From Octopus sinensis (Eukaryota), in the NCBI RefSeq assembly GCF_006345805.1, contig NC_043017.1, positions 4,464,001-4,528,000 on the forward strand: a stretch of DNA of 64,000 nt, written 5' to 3'. Of this stretch, positions 23,159 through 35,320 are shown in pieces. Positions within the stretch are counted from its first letter, which is position 1. Each line of letters starts with the position of its first letter. The notes under the pieces were generated by a model, which saw nothing but the letters and a program-made list of their open reading frames with translations, was not told where the DNA came from and searched no databases. The position numbers and the translations under genes are program-made.

Positions 23159-24944
23159 CATCTGTTGTGTACCTGCTTGTAGTTTGTTGTACTGTTCTTA
23201 GTTACCTTCCTGTTTTTGGTTCTGTCCACACTTAATTTTAGCCTATCACTTTAACCATATCTCTTTTTGTGGTTGTTTGAGTGATGTGCTTACCTTACAG
23301 ACCAACTTTTTGACCCCTTTCCTTCACCAGCTCCCTACCTTGATTTCTCACCTATTTATATCATCCCTCTTGCTTGGCTATTCATCTGCCTACCAAATTA
23401 ATCCTTCAGGTTCAATTATTTTCTCTTTTCCTTGCTCTTACATGAAGGGCCAAAGCCATGAAACTTGCTTCACTCCTCACAACAACCAAACCTTACCTAT
23501 TTTCTTGCAGATTTTTGTTGGCCCAGGTCATCAACATTTTTCTTGGATTCTGGATTTTACTCTATTCAAATATTGTTTTCTGATAATATAAGACCCTCAG
23601 AATGCAATGTCATAAAAGTGTTAAAGATTGGTTCTTTAATGAAGTAACGAAGTTCCAATGCTTCACATCATGAAACATCTGAAAATGTGTTTTCAGTTAT
23701 GACAGAACAGATTTCTTTCATAAATGTAAATTAAAAATTTTATTGGTCCAGTTATTTGAATGCCAAGCAATATTTGTGTGCGACATTTACTAAAAACATG
23801 AGAAAACAGAAACTGGGTTTCTCTCATTGTGTGAATGTTGCCATTGGGAATCTTTGAAATTTTTTTCATATTTCTTTTGAATGTGAAAGTATGTAACTTC
23901 AATGTTGATTGGAGGAAAAAACCTCAGTAAACTTTCATTACAAAACAAAATGTAAGAATATTTTGAATTAAATTCTAATCAATTGTAAATATATTAAATG
24001 ATAAAAAAAAATTGAAACTCTTATTATAGTGTTGCTGAACTCATTACTGAATTATCAAGAAGTGACATTTTCTGTAAAATTGTCAAAAATTAATTATGTG
24101 TATGGTTAAATGATGAAGCGTCATTAATTTCAAGGGCATCTGTGCTTGTAAAATTTTTCTAAAATATAATTGTTCGTCAACAATGTTCCTTGATTGAGTA
24201 GAAAATATTTCTGTTACAATAAAGAATATTTAAAGAAAAGAAAAATATGACATCGTAACAGGATTAAAAATTTGATCAAGTTCTGATAGAGCTGGGTTAA
24301 AAATATAGAATTCAGAACAATATTAATTAAAAAGTTTCCAGACATTATAATTTGGAATTGAGTTGTCATTGTTTCTCCAGACGATAAATGAAATTGTTAA
24401 GATAGCTGTCTATCTATCATTGTCATTTCAACAAACTCTTTTCCATGCTTACATGGATCAGATCAAATTTGTGGAAGAAGTCTTTTTATGCTTGGATACT
24501 CTCCCTGTCACCAACCCTCACCTGCTTCTTAGCAAGGTCATATTTCCTCACTGGTGGTGTTTTCAAGAAGATTGTAAGTGAAACAACACACCTTGTATGA
24601 CGGTGATGCTTGTTTACAACTAGCACACAATGCCAAGACAAAAAGTCATGGACTCCTGCACATACACATGAAGGTATGTATATATATGCCTGGTTCCTTT
24701 CGGTTTTCATATACCAAATCCACTTGCAAGGTTTTGGTCAGAACTAAGACTATAGTAGAAGACACTTGCCCAAAGTACCACACAGAGGGATTGAAACCAT
24801 AACCAGGAAATTGCAAAGTAAACTTCGTAATCACACAGCCATACCTGTGTGTGTGTTTGTCTCCTTGGATCCTGGCTAATCTATGCAGAAGAGATGGCTG
24901 CTCTGGGAATTATGATATGGTGTGAAAGTATTATGAATGAAGAT

Positions 24945-25320
24945 AGGCGCAGGAGTGGCTGTGTGGTAAGTAGCTTGTTTACCAACCACATGGTTCCGAG
25001 TTCAATCCCACTGCGTAGCACCTTGGGCAAGTGTCTTCTACTATAACCTCAGGCCGACCAAAGCCTCGTGAATGGATTTGGTAGATGGAAACTGAAAGAA
25101 GCCCGTCGTATATATATATGCGTGTGTGTCTGTGTTTGTCCCCCTAGCATTGCTTGACAACCGATGCTGGTGTGTTTATGTCCCCGTTACTTAGCAGTTC
25201 GGCAAAAGGGACCGATAGAATAAGTACTGGGCTTACAAAAGAATAAGTCCCGGGGTCGATTTGCTCGATTAAAGGTGGTGCCCCAGTATGGCCGCAATCA
25301 AATGACTGAAACAAGTAAAT
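24945..25320 (+). mobile_element. tRNA-derived SINE family A, full length
   Basis: Aligns end to end with 4118-4510. Confidence 0.85.
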
Positions 25321-25345
25321 AGTAGATAATCTTCACTTATTATAT

Positions 25346-25559
25346 AAGGGGATGCTGAAAAGTCCCTTATTTTAAGGTTATTGTAAAAGGCCTGGCTGGA
25401 GGCCCAACCTTCCAAGTTCTTTTACAGGGCTTTCAAAAACTGAAGGACCGTTGCAATAAATGTGTGAATTTGAGAGGGGAATATGTTCAATAAAATCATA
25501 ATCAACTGATCGTCCTGTATTTTCTTTTACTTGAAACCATGAACTTTTCAGCACCCCCT
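25346..25559 (+). mobile_element. Mariner-derived miniature element
   Basis: Inverted termini aggggatgctgaaaagt / acttttcagcaccccct; interior reads GFQKLKDRCNKCVNLRGEYVQ* (mariner C-terminus). Confidence 0.75.
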
Positions 25560-25589
25560 TCCCCCTTGTACATTCATGCCATACATTAT

Positions 25590-26560
25590 GAGAGGCACAG
25601 ATTTATAGTTGTGACGTAGACCCTAGAGAAGGAGAGGGTATGTAAAGGGCAGGGAAAAGGAAGAGGTAAATGTCAGTGGTTTGCATAATAAGGAAAGACA
25701 GGGTGGTAAGGATGATGAGGTGGGTCGTGTAGGTGAGATCCAGTATGAGGGGAAGCAACAGGTGAGCATGGAGCGAAATCCAAAGAGGGTCATTGAAGGA
25801 AGGACGGGTTGGGCAGTTGTGGCAGAAAAGTAGAGAATTTGCAATGAGGGAATGTGGATGTGGCAGACAAGTTGCGGAAAGAATACAGCGAGAGAAAAAG
25901 AGGGTGAAGGTAAAGGAGCTGCGGGGGAAGGCAACCAAAGAAATGATTGGAGAGCAATGTAAGGAAAGCAGTCCAGACAGTAAGGACATGGAGAGAATAT
26001 GGCTAGAAGGTATTATAAAGGCAGCGAGCTGGAAGAATCGTTAGCACGCCTGGCGAAATGCTTTGCGGTATTTTGTCTGCTGCTATGTTCCGAGTTCAAA
26101 TTCCACTGAGGTCGACTTTGCCTTTCATCCTTATGGGGTCGATAAATTAAAGTACCAGTTATGCACTGGGGTCGATGCATTCGACTTAATACCTATGTCT
26201 GTCCTTGTTTGTCCCCTCTGTGTTTAGCCCCTTGTGGGTAATAAAGAAATAGGAATTATAGAGGTGAGGAGGAGAACAAGAGAAGCCTGATGGTATTACA
26301 GAGTTGGGGAGGAAGAGTCGGGTGTGAACGCAAAGAAAGTATCCCAGAGGGAAGCTGTGGAGAGAGGTAGGGGAAGAGAAAGATAGGCTGGGGAGGGTGG
26401 TACCATTGAGATTGGGGAATTAGAGGGTGAATGTAGCAAGAGCAGTGAAATAAAGAGAGGCTAGAAGGGACCCATGGAGATGAGTGGTGAGTTGAGGATT
26501 AAAGCAGTGAAAGTGTCTCGGGTGGAGAGAGAGGGGCAGGGAAGGAATGGTGAGTAAATG
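25590..26560 (-). mobile_element. Decayed LINE 3' region (CR1/Jockey group), interrupted by a SINE
   Basis: Pyrimidine-rich minus strand with SF...LWISLHAH resembling SF.P....LWNSLP; weak. Confidence 0.4.
26020..26255 (+). mobile_element. SINE family B, full length
   Basis: ggcagcgagctggaagaatcgttagcacg...gaggtcgactttgcctttcatcc...gtgggtaataaagaaatagg; aligns with 50270-50490. Confidence 0.85.
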
Positions 26561-27509
26561 CAGTAAGACCATCTCTGCTAGCATCTCTCCATTCATTAGT
26601 TGCCATGGTTGTCTGAAGAAGCAGATTTTCCCCTGTGCTGAATCTTATCAACCGTTGCAGTCAGTTGTCATCTTTGAAAGGCTCAGCCCCTTGAGATCAG
26701 TTTCCACTTTGAGTGCCTGACACTTTTTTCATGTGGCTGTCTTCGTCCATATGTACCACATACCCACACTAATGCAGTCCTCTCTCTTGTAAACTATATC
26801 TAATTCCTCACATACACAACATTCATCTCAGATCATTTATTTATAAGGCATCGTTTATGAATACCGATACTATACATTCAGTGAAGTACGTTTACCTTGT
26901 CTTTCTAGCCTTCACAAAACCCCTACTTTAAGGGTCCTCCATACTTCACAAACAAGTATCTTATAATTTATCTATCCCATTCTTACCCTGGCTACTATGT
27001 TTTTGGAGCACTCCTACCCTGCTACTGACTTGTTCGTATTGACAACAAAGACTACTGTTTGAAAGAGAGTCTCCCGAACACGTAAGAAAATCCATTCCCT
27101 GGATGCATCCCGTGCTTAATACGCCTAGCATCAGGAACATGGGAAGGCTACCTCTGCTGGTAACTCACCAGCGATCTTTTGCATTCTACATCTAATTCCT
27201 CTTATATCCACTTAATGTGAAGAATGCGTGGGAGAGAGAATCTATTGAGAGCCAACCTTTCAAGTTAAGAGCAGCAAAGTAGACAGGGTAATTTAGATAG
27301 GAAGAGAAATTAGATGAAGAATGCGAAAGAGGATATATTTGGTGCAAGCATAAAGAAAAGCTAAATACTCCAAATGGACAGTTCCTGTATAACAGGGAAA
27401 TTAAAGAAGACACAGAAAGAAATAGGGAAGACTAATCTCTGGAGACCGAACTCCACGACGAAAAGGATAAGGCATTGAGTTAGACCAACATACGTAAACA
27501 CCCACAAAG

Positions 27510-27820
27510 TTATCAACCACCTCACCAACAACAACACTGAACACCTTTTTGATCTCCATGTGTCTAACACACGTGGACATGCCTACAAAATCAGAAAACA
27601 ACACAGCTCCCATGACTTTCGGAAACATCTTTTCACGCTCAGAGTTGCTGAAGCATGGAATAAACTGCCTGCGTCAGTAGTTGACTGCCATGACACTGCA
27701 TCCTTTAAGGCCCTCATGCTTTCCGAAATCCGCCGAAACTACACCTGATTATACATACACTTTAGATGAGTTGTAGTGCACCTGAGCACTGTACACAATT
27801 ATTATTATTATTATTATTAT
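27510..27820 (+). mobile_element. CR1-group LINE 3' end with (ATT)n tail
   Basis: NTRGHAYKIRKQHSSHDFRKHLFTLRVAEAWNKLPASVVDC (TRGH..K...F..RV...WN.LP motif); near-identical copy at 55.8-56.1 kb. Confidence 0.85.
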
Positions 27821-28201
27821 AGAAAAACGGACGTGAAAATGATGGTGGTGGTGGAGATCGGCTAAATAACATCTCTGTTTGGGTATCTTCCAATCATTAT
27901 GTTCATATTAAGTCTCTATATATTTCTTTTTGCATTTCATCTTTATTCTTTCATCTATTTCTCATTTTCTCACCTATTTGTATATTTTGTACCGAAACTG
28001 CGGCGAAAGATGTGAAACTCGCTTCGTTGCATAGTTTGGACAAGATTCGAATTTTTCCGATTCCGAAGGAAAATTCTTCGGCGAATTCTTTCTGAAGAGG
28101 AACAAAGTTGGAAACTCCAGTGTCTGACAACGCTATAGAATTCCTTTCGTAGTTTGGTAAAAGGTACAATCCACAGCATTCACTGTTTACATCTGTGAAT
28201 G

Positions 28202-28212
28202 GTAAGTTGACG
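28202..28212 (+). promoter_or_regulatory. Probable splice donor of non-coding first exon of ZNF gene 2
   Basis: aatg|GTAAGTTGACG, identical to 51334 (+) and similar to 50037 (-); preceded by a CpG-enriched segment. Confidence 0.55.
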
Positions 28213-28578
28213 AAGATTTTCTTTAACTTTCTCTTTCGAAAAGATTAATTCTGGAAACAATTATTTTCGAAAAATTTTAATTTCTTAAAATATCTTTTGC
28301 CTCCAACTTCCGTAACCTTGTTTCCTTCTATTCAATCGCCGTTACGGTCGGAAAGTTCGATGATGACCACATATTTAATACAAATTATATCATTCATGGA
28401 ACTTTCTTCGGTGGAAGTCTTATTCTCTACGCCTGAGTCATGACGAGGAAATATTTTTTTTCTAGAGTTTCTATTGTCTTCAATTCTCGAGTTATATCGA
28501 AATAATGCCGATTCCCGTTGTGAGAAATACAGTAATTCTAAAATAATGACTATCCTTCTCCTTTCTCATGGGGTATTA

Positions 28579-28805
28579 CCCGGGTGGTACTACCTGAGAA
28601 CAGTGGTGCCGGTGCGCGCACTCGTGTACTCGCGCATCCGCGCTAGCTAGTCGATCCTTACTTTGTGTTTTTGTGTGTTATTTACTTTGTTTAAAAAATT
28701 ATTTATTTTGCTAGGTAGTCGTAGGATCGACTAGTCACGACTAGCTTGCGAGGATACGCGAGTGCGCGCCCCGGGACCACTGTTCTCATGTAGTACCGTA
28801 TAGGG
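28579..28805. mobile_element. GC-rich MITE with long inverted termini, TA-flanked
   Basis: ggtactacctgagaacagtggtgccggtgcgcgcactcg pairs with cgagtgcgcgccccgggaccactgttctcatgtagtacc (3 mismatches); outer TA-CCC...GGG-TA. Confidence 0.75.
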
Positions 28806-29455
28806 TATCTATTCCAAAGCTCTACAGAAAATTATTTAATGGCGAGAGAAAAGGAGAATCTTTATTCTTCGCAGTTGTTTGTGAATTGATATTTATTCCA
28901 TTGGTTTGCCGATGTTTCATAATTATGTTAGTAGAAACTCAGTAATAAATTGTTATAGTATCATTGTTTACAAAACTTGGGGTCAAACTAAAGTGTTTGG
29001 CCTGGTCATAAAAACAAAACAAAAAAATAGTGTAATAGGTGTAAAACAACTTGCTCTAAACGAATATGACAAAAAAAATGCGCGCTCGCGAAAGGGGGTG
29101 GCGACTCGGAAAATTCACATCCTGAATGTTTCAGGTCTGACCCGGGCACAGAAACATTAATGGTGTTATTATAATGTGTATTGACTCCCTTTATCCATTT
29201 AGTTTTGCATACATTGTGAATAAAGTTTTTTTTTTATGAATAATTCTCTCTGACTGACCTTCAGAATCTAATTTGTGCTGCAGTCTGGCCTGCAAAGCCA
29301 AATAAGTTTGACACCCCTGATGTAACCCTGGTTGAGATGCTTTTAATCACTTGTCGTCTGTTCAGTCAGAACTGACTTGGGACTAGACAATAACTGAGCA
29401 ATGATGAATGATGTTTCTGGAGAGAAAAGAATTTCATCAACTGTTTTTCTGTTGT

Positions 29456-30172
29456 TTAACCTTTTCGTTACCAACTCGGCTGAAACTGGCTCTGGTTCTG
29501 AGTACAAATGTCTTGTTTTCATAAGTTTTGAATTAAAATCTTCCACCAAACCTTAGTCACAATTTATGTTCCTAACACTAGCTTAACTAAGTTATTCTAC
29601 TAAATTCTTTGTTATATTTAAAATTAATTGAAAGAAACACAGAGCATCTCAACAGAAATACGGTAACAAAAGGGTTAAAATATATAATAGAGAAACCATT
29701 CTTAACCCTTTTGATACCAACCCAGCTGAAACTGCCTCTGTAGTACAAATGTCTTGTTTTCCTAAGTTCTGAATTAAAATCTTCCACCAAACCTTAGTCA
29801 CAATTTATGTTCCTAACACTAGCTGAATGATAGCTAAGTTATTTTACTAAATTCTTTGTTATATTTAAAATTAATTGAAAGAAACAGAGAGCATCTCAAC
29901 AAAAATATGGTAACAAAAGGGTTAAAATATATAATAGAGAAACCATTCTTAACCCTTTTGATACCAACCCAGCTGAAACTGCCTCTGTAGTACAAATGTC
30001 TTGTTTTCCTAAGTTCTGAATTAAAATCTTCCACCAAACCTTAGTCACAATTTATGTTCCTAACACTAGCTGAATGATAACTAAGTTATTTTACTAAATT
30101 CTTTGTTATATTTAAAATTAACTGAAAGAAACACAGAGCATCTCAACAGAAATACAGTAACAAAAGGGTTAA
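29456..30172. mobile_element. Three tandem copies of a TTAA-flanked (piggyBac-type) MITE
   Basis: Copies 29456-29678, 29702-29925 and 29949-30172 with TTAACCCTTTT...AAAAGGGTTAA termini; period about 247 bp. Confidence 0.85.
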
Positions 30173-30582
30173 CATGTGTGTTATAGAATGTGGAGGTTTA
30201 GTCTGAAAATATGTACACTTCACACAAGGTTGTCTGATGAAAATTTTAAAAAGTAAAAAGTAAAGGTGTGGATGTAGTCTGCAGATATGTAGGCATCACA
30301 TAAGGTGATGTAATTTTAAGAATATATTAAAAAAGTAGAGTTAAATTTTTCAGGTGAAAGTTTATATCTACTGTTTATTAGAAAAATAATGTATTGAAGT
30401 TTCTAGTGTTGAATCTCTGCTTTTCAGTTATTTTCTCAATCATTTCAGATATCAAATAAGCGTGGCATAAATGGTAACAGCTGATGGAAACATAGTGGTA
30501 TAAATATTTGCTATATATAAAAAAGAAGAAAAATCCTGAATATATATATATATAAAGAGAGAGGGAAAGGTTACAGAAGATT

Positions 30583-31779
30583 ATGGAAAATGAATTATGT
30601 GAGGACCAAATTGACTGTAAAATAGAGTCCAAAACATTTGCTTTTCCTGACGTGCTGAAAGAGAAAAGAAAAACATTATACCACTGTGATGTCTGTAAAA
30701 AGCCATTCTCTCAAAAAAGTAACTTAACAACTCACAAACGTATTCACACAGGTGAAAGGCCGTATGGCTGTGATGTGTGCAGTAAATCCTTCTCAGGGAA
30801 AGGTGATTTAATTAAACACAAATACATTCATACAGGAGAGAAACCCTATCACTGTGATATCTGTGGTAAGTCATTTGCTCAAAGTGGGGGCTTGACTAAA
30901 CACAAACGCAGTCATACAGGAGAGAAGCCATACCACTGTGACGTATGTGACAAGTCATTCACTCAGAAGAATTACTTGGCTACTCACAAATATATTCACA
31001 CAGGGGAGAAGCCGTATCATTGTGATATCTGTGGAAAATCGTTTCCCGGAAGTTATAGATTAACTCGACACAAGTATATTCATACAGGGGAAAAGACCTA
31101 CCATTGTCATATCTGTGGGAAATCATTTTTCGTAAGTGGTCACTTAACTACACATGTACGCACTCATACAGGAGAGAAACCATACCACTGTGAGATCTGT
31201 AGTAAATCTTTTGCTTTAAAATCAAACTTGACTGCTCACAAATACATTCATACAGGAGAGCAGCCATATCATTGTGATATCTGTGGTAAAGCATTTTCTC
31301 AAAGAAGTAATTTAACTACTCACAGACGTATTCATACAGGAGAGAAACGGTATCAATGTGATGTTTGTGGCAAGTCATTCTGTAGACATTACGACATCAT
31401 TAAGCACAAACGCATTCATTCAGGACAGAAGTTATACCATTGTGATATATGTGACAAAACATTCTATGAAAAAGGTCATTTAATTACTCACAGACGCATT
31501 CATACAGGAGAGAAACCATATCACTGTGACGTCTGTGGTAAATCGTTCACTGAAACTGGTCACTTAACTACACACAAACGTATTCATACAGGAGAGAAGC
31601 CATATCACTGTGGTGTCTGTGGTAAATCATTCTCTCAAATATCCAGCTTCATTCGACACAAACCTGTTCATACAGGAGAGATCCCGTATCACTGTGATAT
31701 CTGTGGTAAATCATTTTCTCGAAACGATCACTTGACTAGACACAAAAGCATTCATTCACGATTCATTCATACTGATTGA
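30583..31779 (+). CDS. C2H2 zinc-finger protein, 13 fingers (ZNF gene 2)
   Basis: Uninterrupted 398-aa ORF starting MENELCE with 13 canonical fingers. Confidence 0.95.
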   Translation: MENELCEDQIDCKIESKTFAFPDVLKEKRKTLYHCDVCKKPFSQKSNLTTHKRIHTGERPYGCDVCSKSFSGKGDLIKHKYIHTGEKPYHCDICGKSFAQSGGLTKHKRSHTGEKPYHCDVCDKSFTQKNYLATHKYIHTGEKPYHCDICGKSFPGSYRLTRHKYIHTGEKTYHCHICGKSFFVSGHLTTHVRTHTGEKPYHCEICSKSFALKSNLTAHKYIHTGEQPYHCDICGKAFSQRSNLTTHRRIHTGEKRYQCDVCGKSFCRHYDIIKHKRIHSGQKLYHCDICDKTFYEKGHLITHRRIHTGEKPYHCDVCGKSFTETGHLTTHKRIHTGEKPYHCGVCGKSFSQISSFIRHKPVHTGEIPYHCDICGKSFSRNDHLTRHKSIHSRFIHTD

Positions 31780-33506
31780 TGTGTGGTACATCATTCTTTA
31801 ATCAAGTTCACTCCATTTATATTCATTGATACATAAATATAATCATATCATTGGCATTCTATAAAAAGAATCTGAATAATAAGTGTTCTCATTAAGAAAA
31901 GAAGATATAACAGTATATTTTATAAAAGTATATTTTATACGACCACAGCTATACATTGCTGAGATAACTTACAATTATGATATTTTTAATAAAATGATTC
32001 CTTCAAAAAACTCAATGGAGAAATGGTTCCAGTGAGTCATTTGGACACTGAGTAAACAAAGAATGTCTTTTTCAGAAGTCAAGGCTAATCTCCTACAGTT
32101 ATGCTACACCTAAAGCTCCACGTGACTCCGGCAGGGGGTGGTGGCGACCCATGTTGTACTCTTTCTTCCTGTTTCTTGTCCCCGACTTCCTACGCAACCA
32201 CTGAGCCTGGATGTGCATTCATCCATCCGTCAATGCTTTCGGTGTTGGGGGTTGACCTGCTTTCTCTTCTGCGGGTCTTACGAATAGCAGAGGACCACAT
32301 TTCAGACTTCTCCCACTAATGGGATGAAGACCGCTTCGCTCAACAGCAACAGTTATGCTATGAATAAATACAGCTAATGGATATACTAATTCTTCTCTTT
32401 GCCTCTTGTAGTTCTATTGAAACAACTTCTCTCCACATCTAGTTATGTAACATATGGTATAATTATAAACTGGGCAAATTTTAGCCATTTCCCTACAGAC
32501 AGAAAAAAAAAATGAAGAACCTTAATCAATTTTCGAACCTTCTTGGGTTCTCATCAGAAGCGTCCACATCATTCTGACAGCCTCCAGAGAAACAAAGCAG
32601 CCAAACTGTTTATATACTCAACAAATGCAGCAGTTACTCTATGAAAGAGTCTCTTAATTTGCATACCAAAAGTGTTTAAAACTCTATAAATACCAGCGGC
32701 CTGTCAATGGGGACCTTAGTCCACACAGCATCAAGGTATGACATAATAAATATGTAACATATGGTATGATTATAAACAGGGCCAATTTTAGCCATTTCTC
32801 CGCAGACTGAAAAAAATGATGAACAACCTTAATCGATTTTCGAACGTTGCTGGGTTCTCCAGTTTACTCTAAGACCATCCATTAAGGATATCACTCAATT
32901 TTAATGCCCAGAAATGCTGCTGCCTGGAATTATCTGCTGTTCATATTTTTCTAACCTGTTCAGTTCTCGTGGTACTTCAGTGCTTATGATAAAAGCATAG
33001 CTGTTAACTTTAGCAAACTCTATTTTGTTTGGTATGAAATCAAAAATGTAGCTAAGAAAAAAAAAAGAAAAACTAATCTAGCTTCGAATGTAAACCAAGA
33101 TTTTGGATGATGACGAATACTGACATGCGTGGTCAACAACTGTTTTCATGGGTGAAGAATAAGCTGGAAAAAACTATGATCTTTAAGATGGCACTAAAGC
33201 TTTTGAGGTTTATATTTTGGCATGAAGAGAAATACATCTGTGAAAATAAGAGGATTACATGCTAGTATTAAAGAGATTGCTTACATCTCCCAGGCCTAAA
33301 TGACCCCAATAGACTGTAGTCTTTTATCTATGCATGGCTTCAGTAAAGTCTTTACCATTGATATTCTCCGTTCATCTGTTGCAAAAGATGTAGTTTTGCC
33401 AAGATTTTAGAGTGGCTAAAGTCTCTAAAATAATGGAATATGTAGCTATTTCATGATATAGGTGTGTGTGTATGTGTATATATATATATATATATATATA
33501 AAAAAA

Positions 33507-33722
33507 ATATAAATTAGAGATAAAACCACTATTATGCAACTCAGTGATAGACATAAACCAATACATAAATAACAAATAATAAATATTTTTATAAAACATA
33601 TAACTTATAACTAGATCTCAAAAAGTATAAAATGAATGATAAATATATAATATAATAAGTAAAAACACTATGTACATTTCATGGCTACAATACATAATAG
33701 TGGTTTTATCTCTAATTTATAT
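33507..33722. mobile_element. 216-bp foldback element with perfect 30-bp inverted termini in TA-rich DNA
   Basis: atataaattagagataaaaccactattatg (33507-33536) and cataatagtggttttatctctaatttatat (33693-33722). Confidence 0.8.
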
Positions 33723-34404
33723 ATATTATATATTTATACTGTGAAATTTGATTTAATACTAAATTGAATTTTTCCCTGAAAGTTTGGAGTTATACTCCCT
33801 AATATTATATATATATATATCAATTATATATATATATATATCAATTTTTTATGAGAGAAGGAGAAGGAGAACCCACAGTTGAAAACTAATCTAGCTTAGA
33901 ATGTAAACCACTATAAGGTGACAAGGAGAGGGTGTCAAGGATGTAAGGTGAGGGTGCAGCAAATGTGGGCTTGGCAGGGTTCAAATGTTGCAACCTACTC
34001 TCAAGTTAGTGTGTTTGTTTCTGTGGGTGGGCAAGTCTTCTACAATCCTTTGTTACCTGCCATGTGAGGTGCATTTGTACAATGTTGCCCAAAAGTCACC
34101 TGACAGTAAATCAAAACCATTTAATTCCAAAATTTATTTATGTTTAACAACTGAATGAATTTAATAAAAGCATCTAAATACGAAACATGAAAATTGTTCA
34201 AACAGAAGTCCTTGAGCGACACATTTTTCTATTTGAGTCAATACAGAATTACAGATAGTATTTATGGAGTTTTGAAGGTGGCTAGCTGGCAGAAACGTTA
34301 GCACTCTGGGCGAAATGCATAGCCATATTTCGTCTGCCGTTACGTTCAGAGTTCAAATTCCACAATGCTTCATACAAATTTTGTTGAATCAAACATTTAA
34401 TTAA

Positions 34405-34530
34405 CTGCATCCTTTAAGGCCCTCATGCTTCCCGAAATCTGCCGAAACTACACCTGATTATACATACACTTTAGATGAGTTGTAGTGCACCTGAGCACTG
34501 TACACAATGTTTTTATTATTATTATTATTA
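34405..34530 (+). mobile_element. CR1-group LINE extreme 3' fragment
   Basis: ctgcatcctttaaggccctcatgc...gtgcacctgagcactgtacacaa + (att)n, same as 27700-27820. Confidence 0.8.
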
Positions 34531-35154
34531 TATATATCTTAACTGCCTGGAAGAAAGAGAATAATATCATTTTTTTAAAAATCATTGAAATATGACTTAT
34601 TGTCATCAGATCACCCCTACTGCTATCAGAACATCCAGTAGGCATGTAATTTGGGGGCAGGGGACTTTGTACAATTTGTTTATGAAGGCTCTGAAGTAAA
34701 GATGTGCCACTTCAGGTGCTAACCTGCCACAAGCAGCTCATCTTAACGGGAAGGGAGTCTATCTTTAGCTTGTTTCTTCATTGCTCATTTCTGCCTTTTG
34801 AAAATTTATTTTTTTATGTTTTATATTTACACTAGATGCACCTGCCATGACCTGTTGGGTCACAACTACTCCACGTTAAAAATATCAATGTACAGTGAGA
34901 AAGCAAAAAATACTATTTCGAACTTCATTTCATGTAATAAAATTGTTAAATGATACAGTTTCTCCTGCCTTTGGTGTGACAACGTAAACATGACCAAGTG
35001 TGTTCTTTGAAATCGTTCAAATGGCCTTCAACTTTTTCCCTCACTTTCTTCTTTGTTACTACTGTTCAAAGTGAAATACATCAGCATCAAGGAATGTTTT
35101 CTGCAAACTCATCTTTCTTTCAATGTTGTTCTCATATGTCGTTCGTTGACAGCC

Positions 35155-35320
35155 ATCATCATCATCATCATCATCGTTTAACGTCCGCTTTCCATGCTAG
35201 CATGGGTTGGACGGTTCAACTGGGTCTGGCAAGCCCGAAGGCTGCACCAGGCCAGTCAGATCTGGCAGTGTTTCTACAGCTGGATGCCCTTCCTAACGCC
35301 AACCACTCTGAGAGTGTAGT
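35155..35320 (-). mobile_element. Retroposon family C, 3' part
   Basis: (cat)n then cgtttaacgtccgctttccatgctagcatggg. Confidence 0.8.

Noticed and set aside
27000-27510. Possible minus-strand LINE RT fragment (PYPFRRGVRSPEISLPYFF)
   Set aside because: Resembles GVRQG.PLSP.LF but no YADD motif could be located; too weak to list as a feature.
28085-28130. CTGAAGA...GAAAC hammerhead-like spacing
   Set aside because: Stem II does not close (G.G) and no stem I or III can be formed; likely chance.
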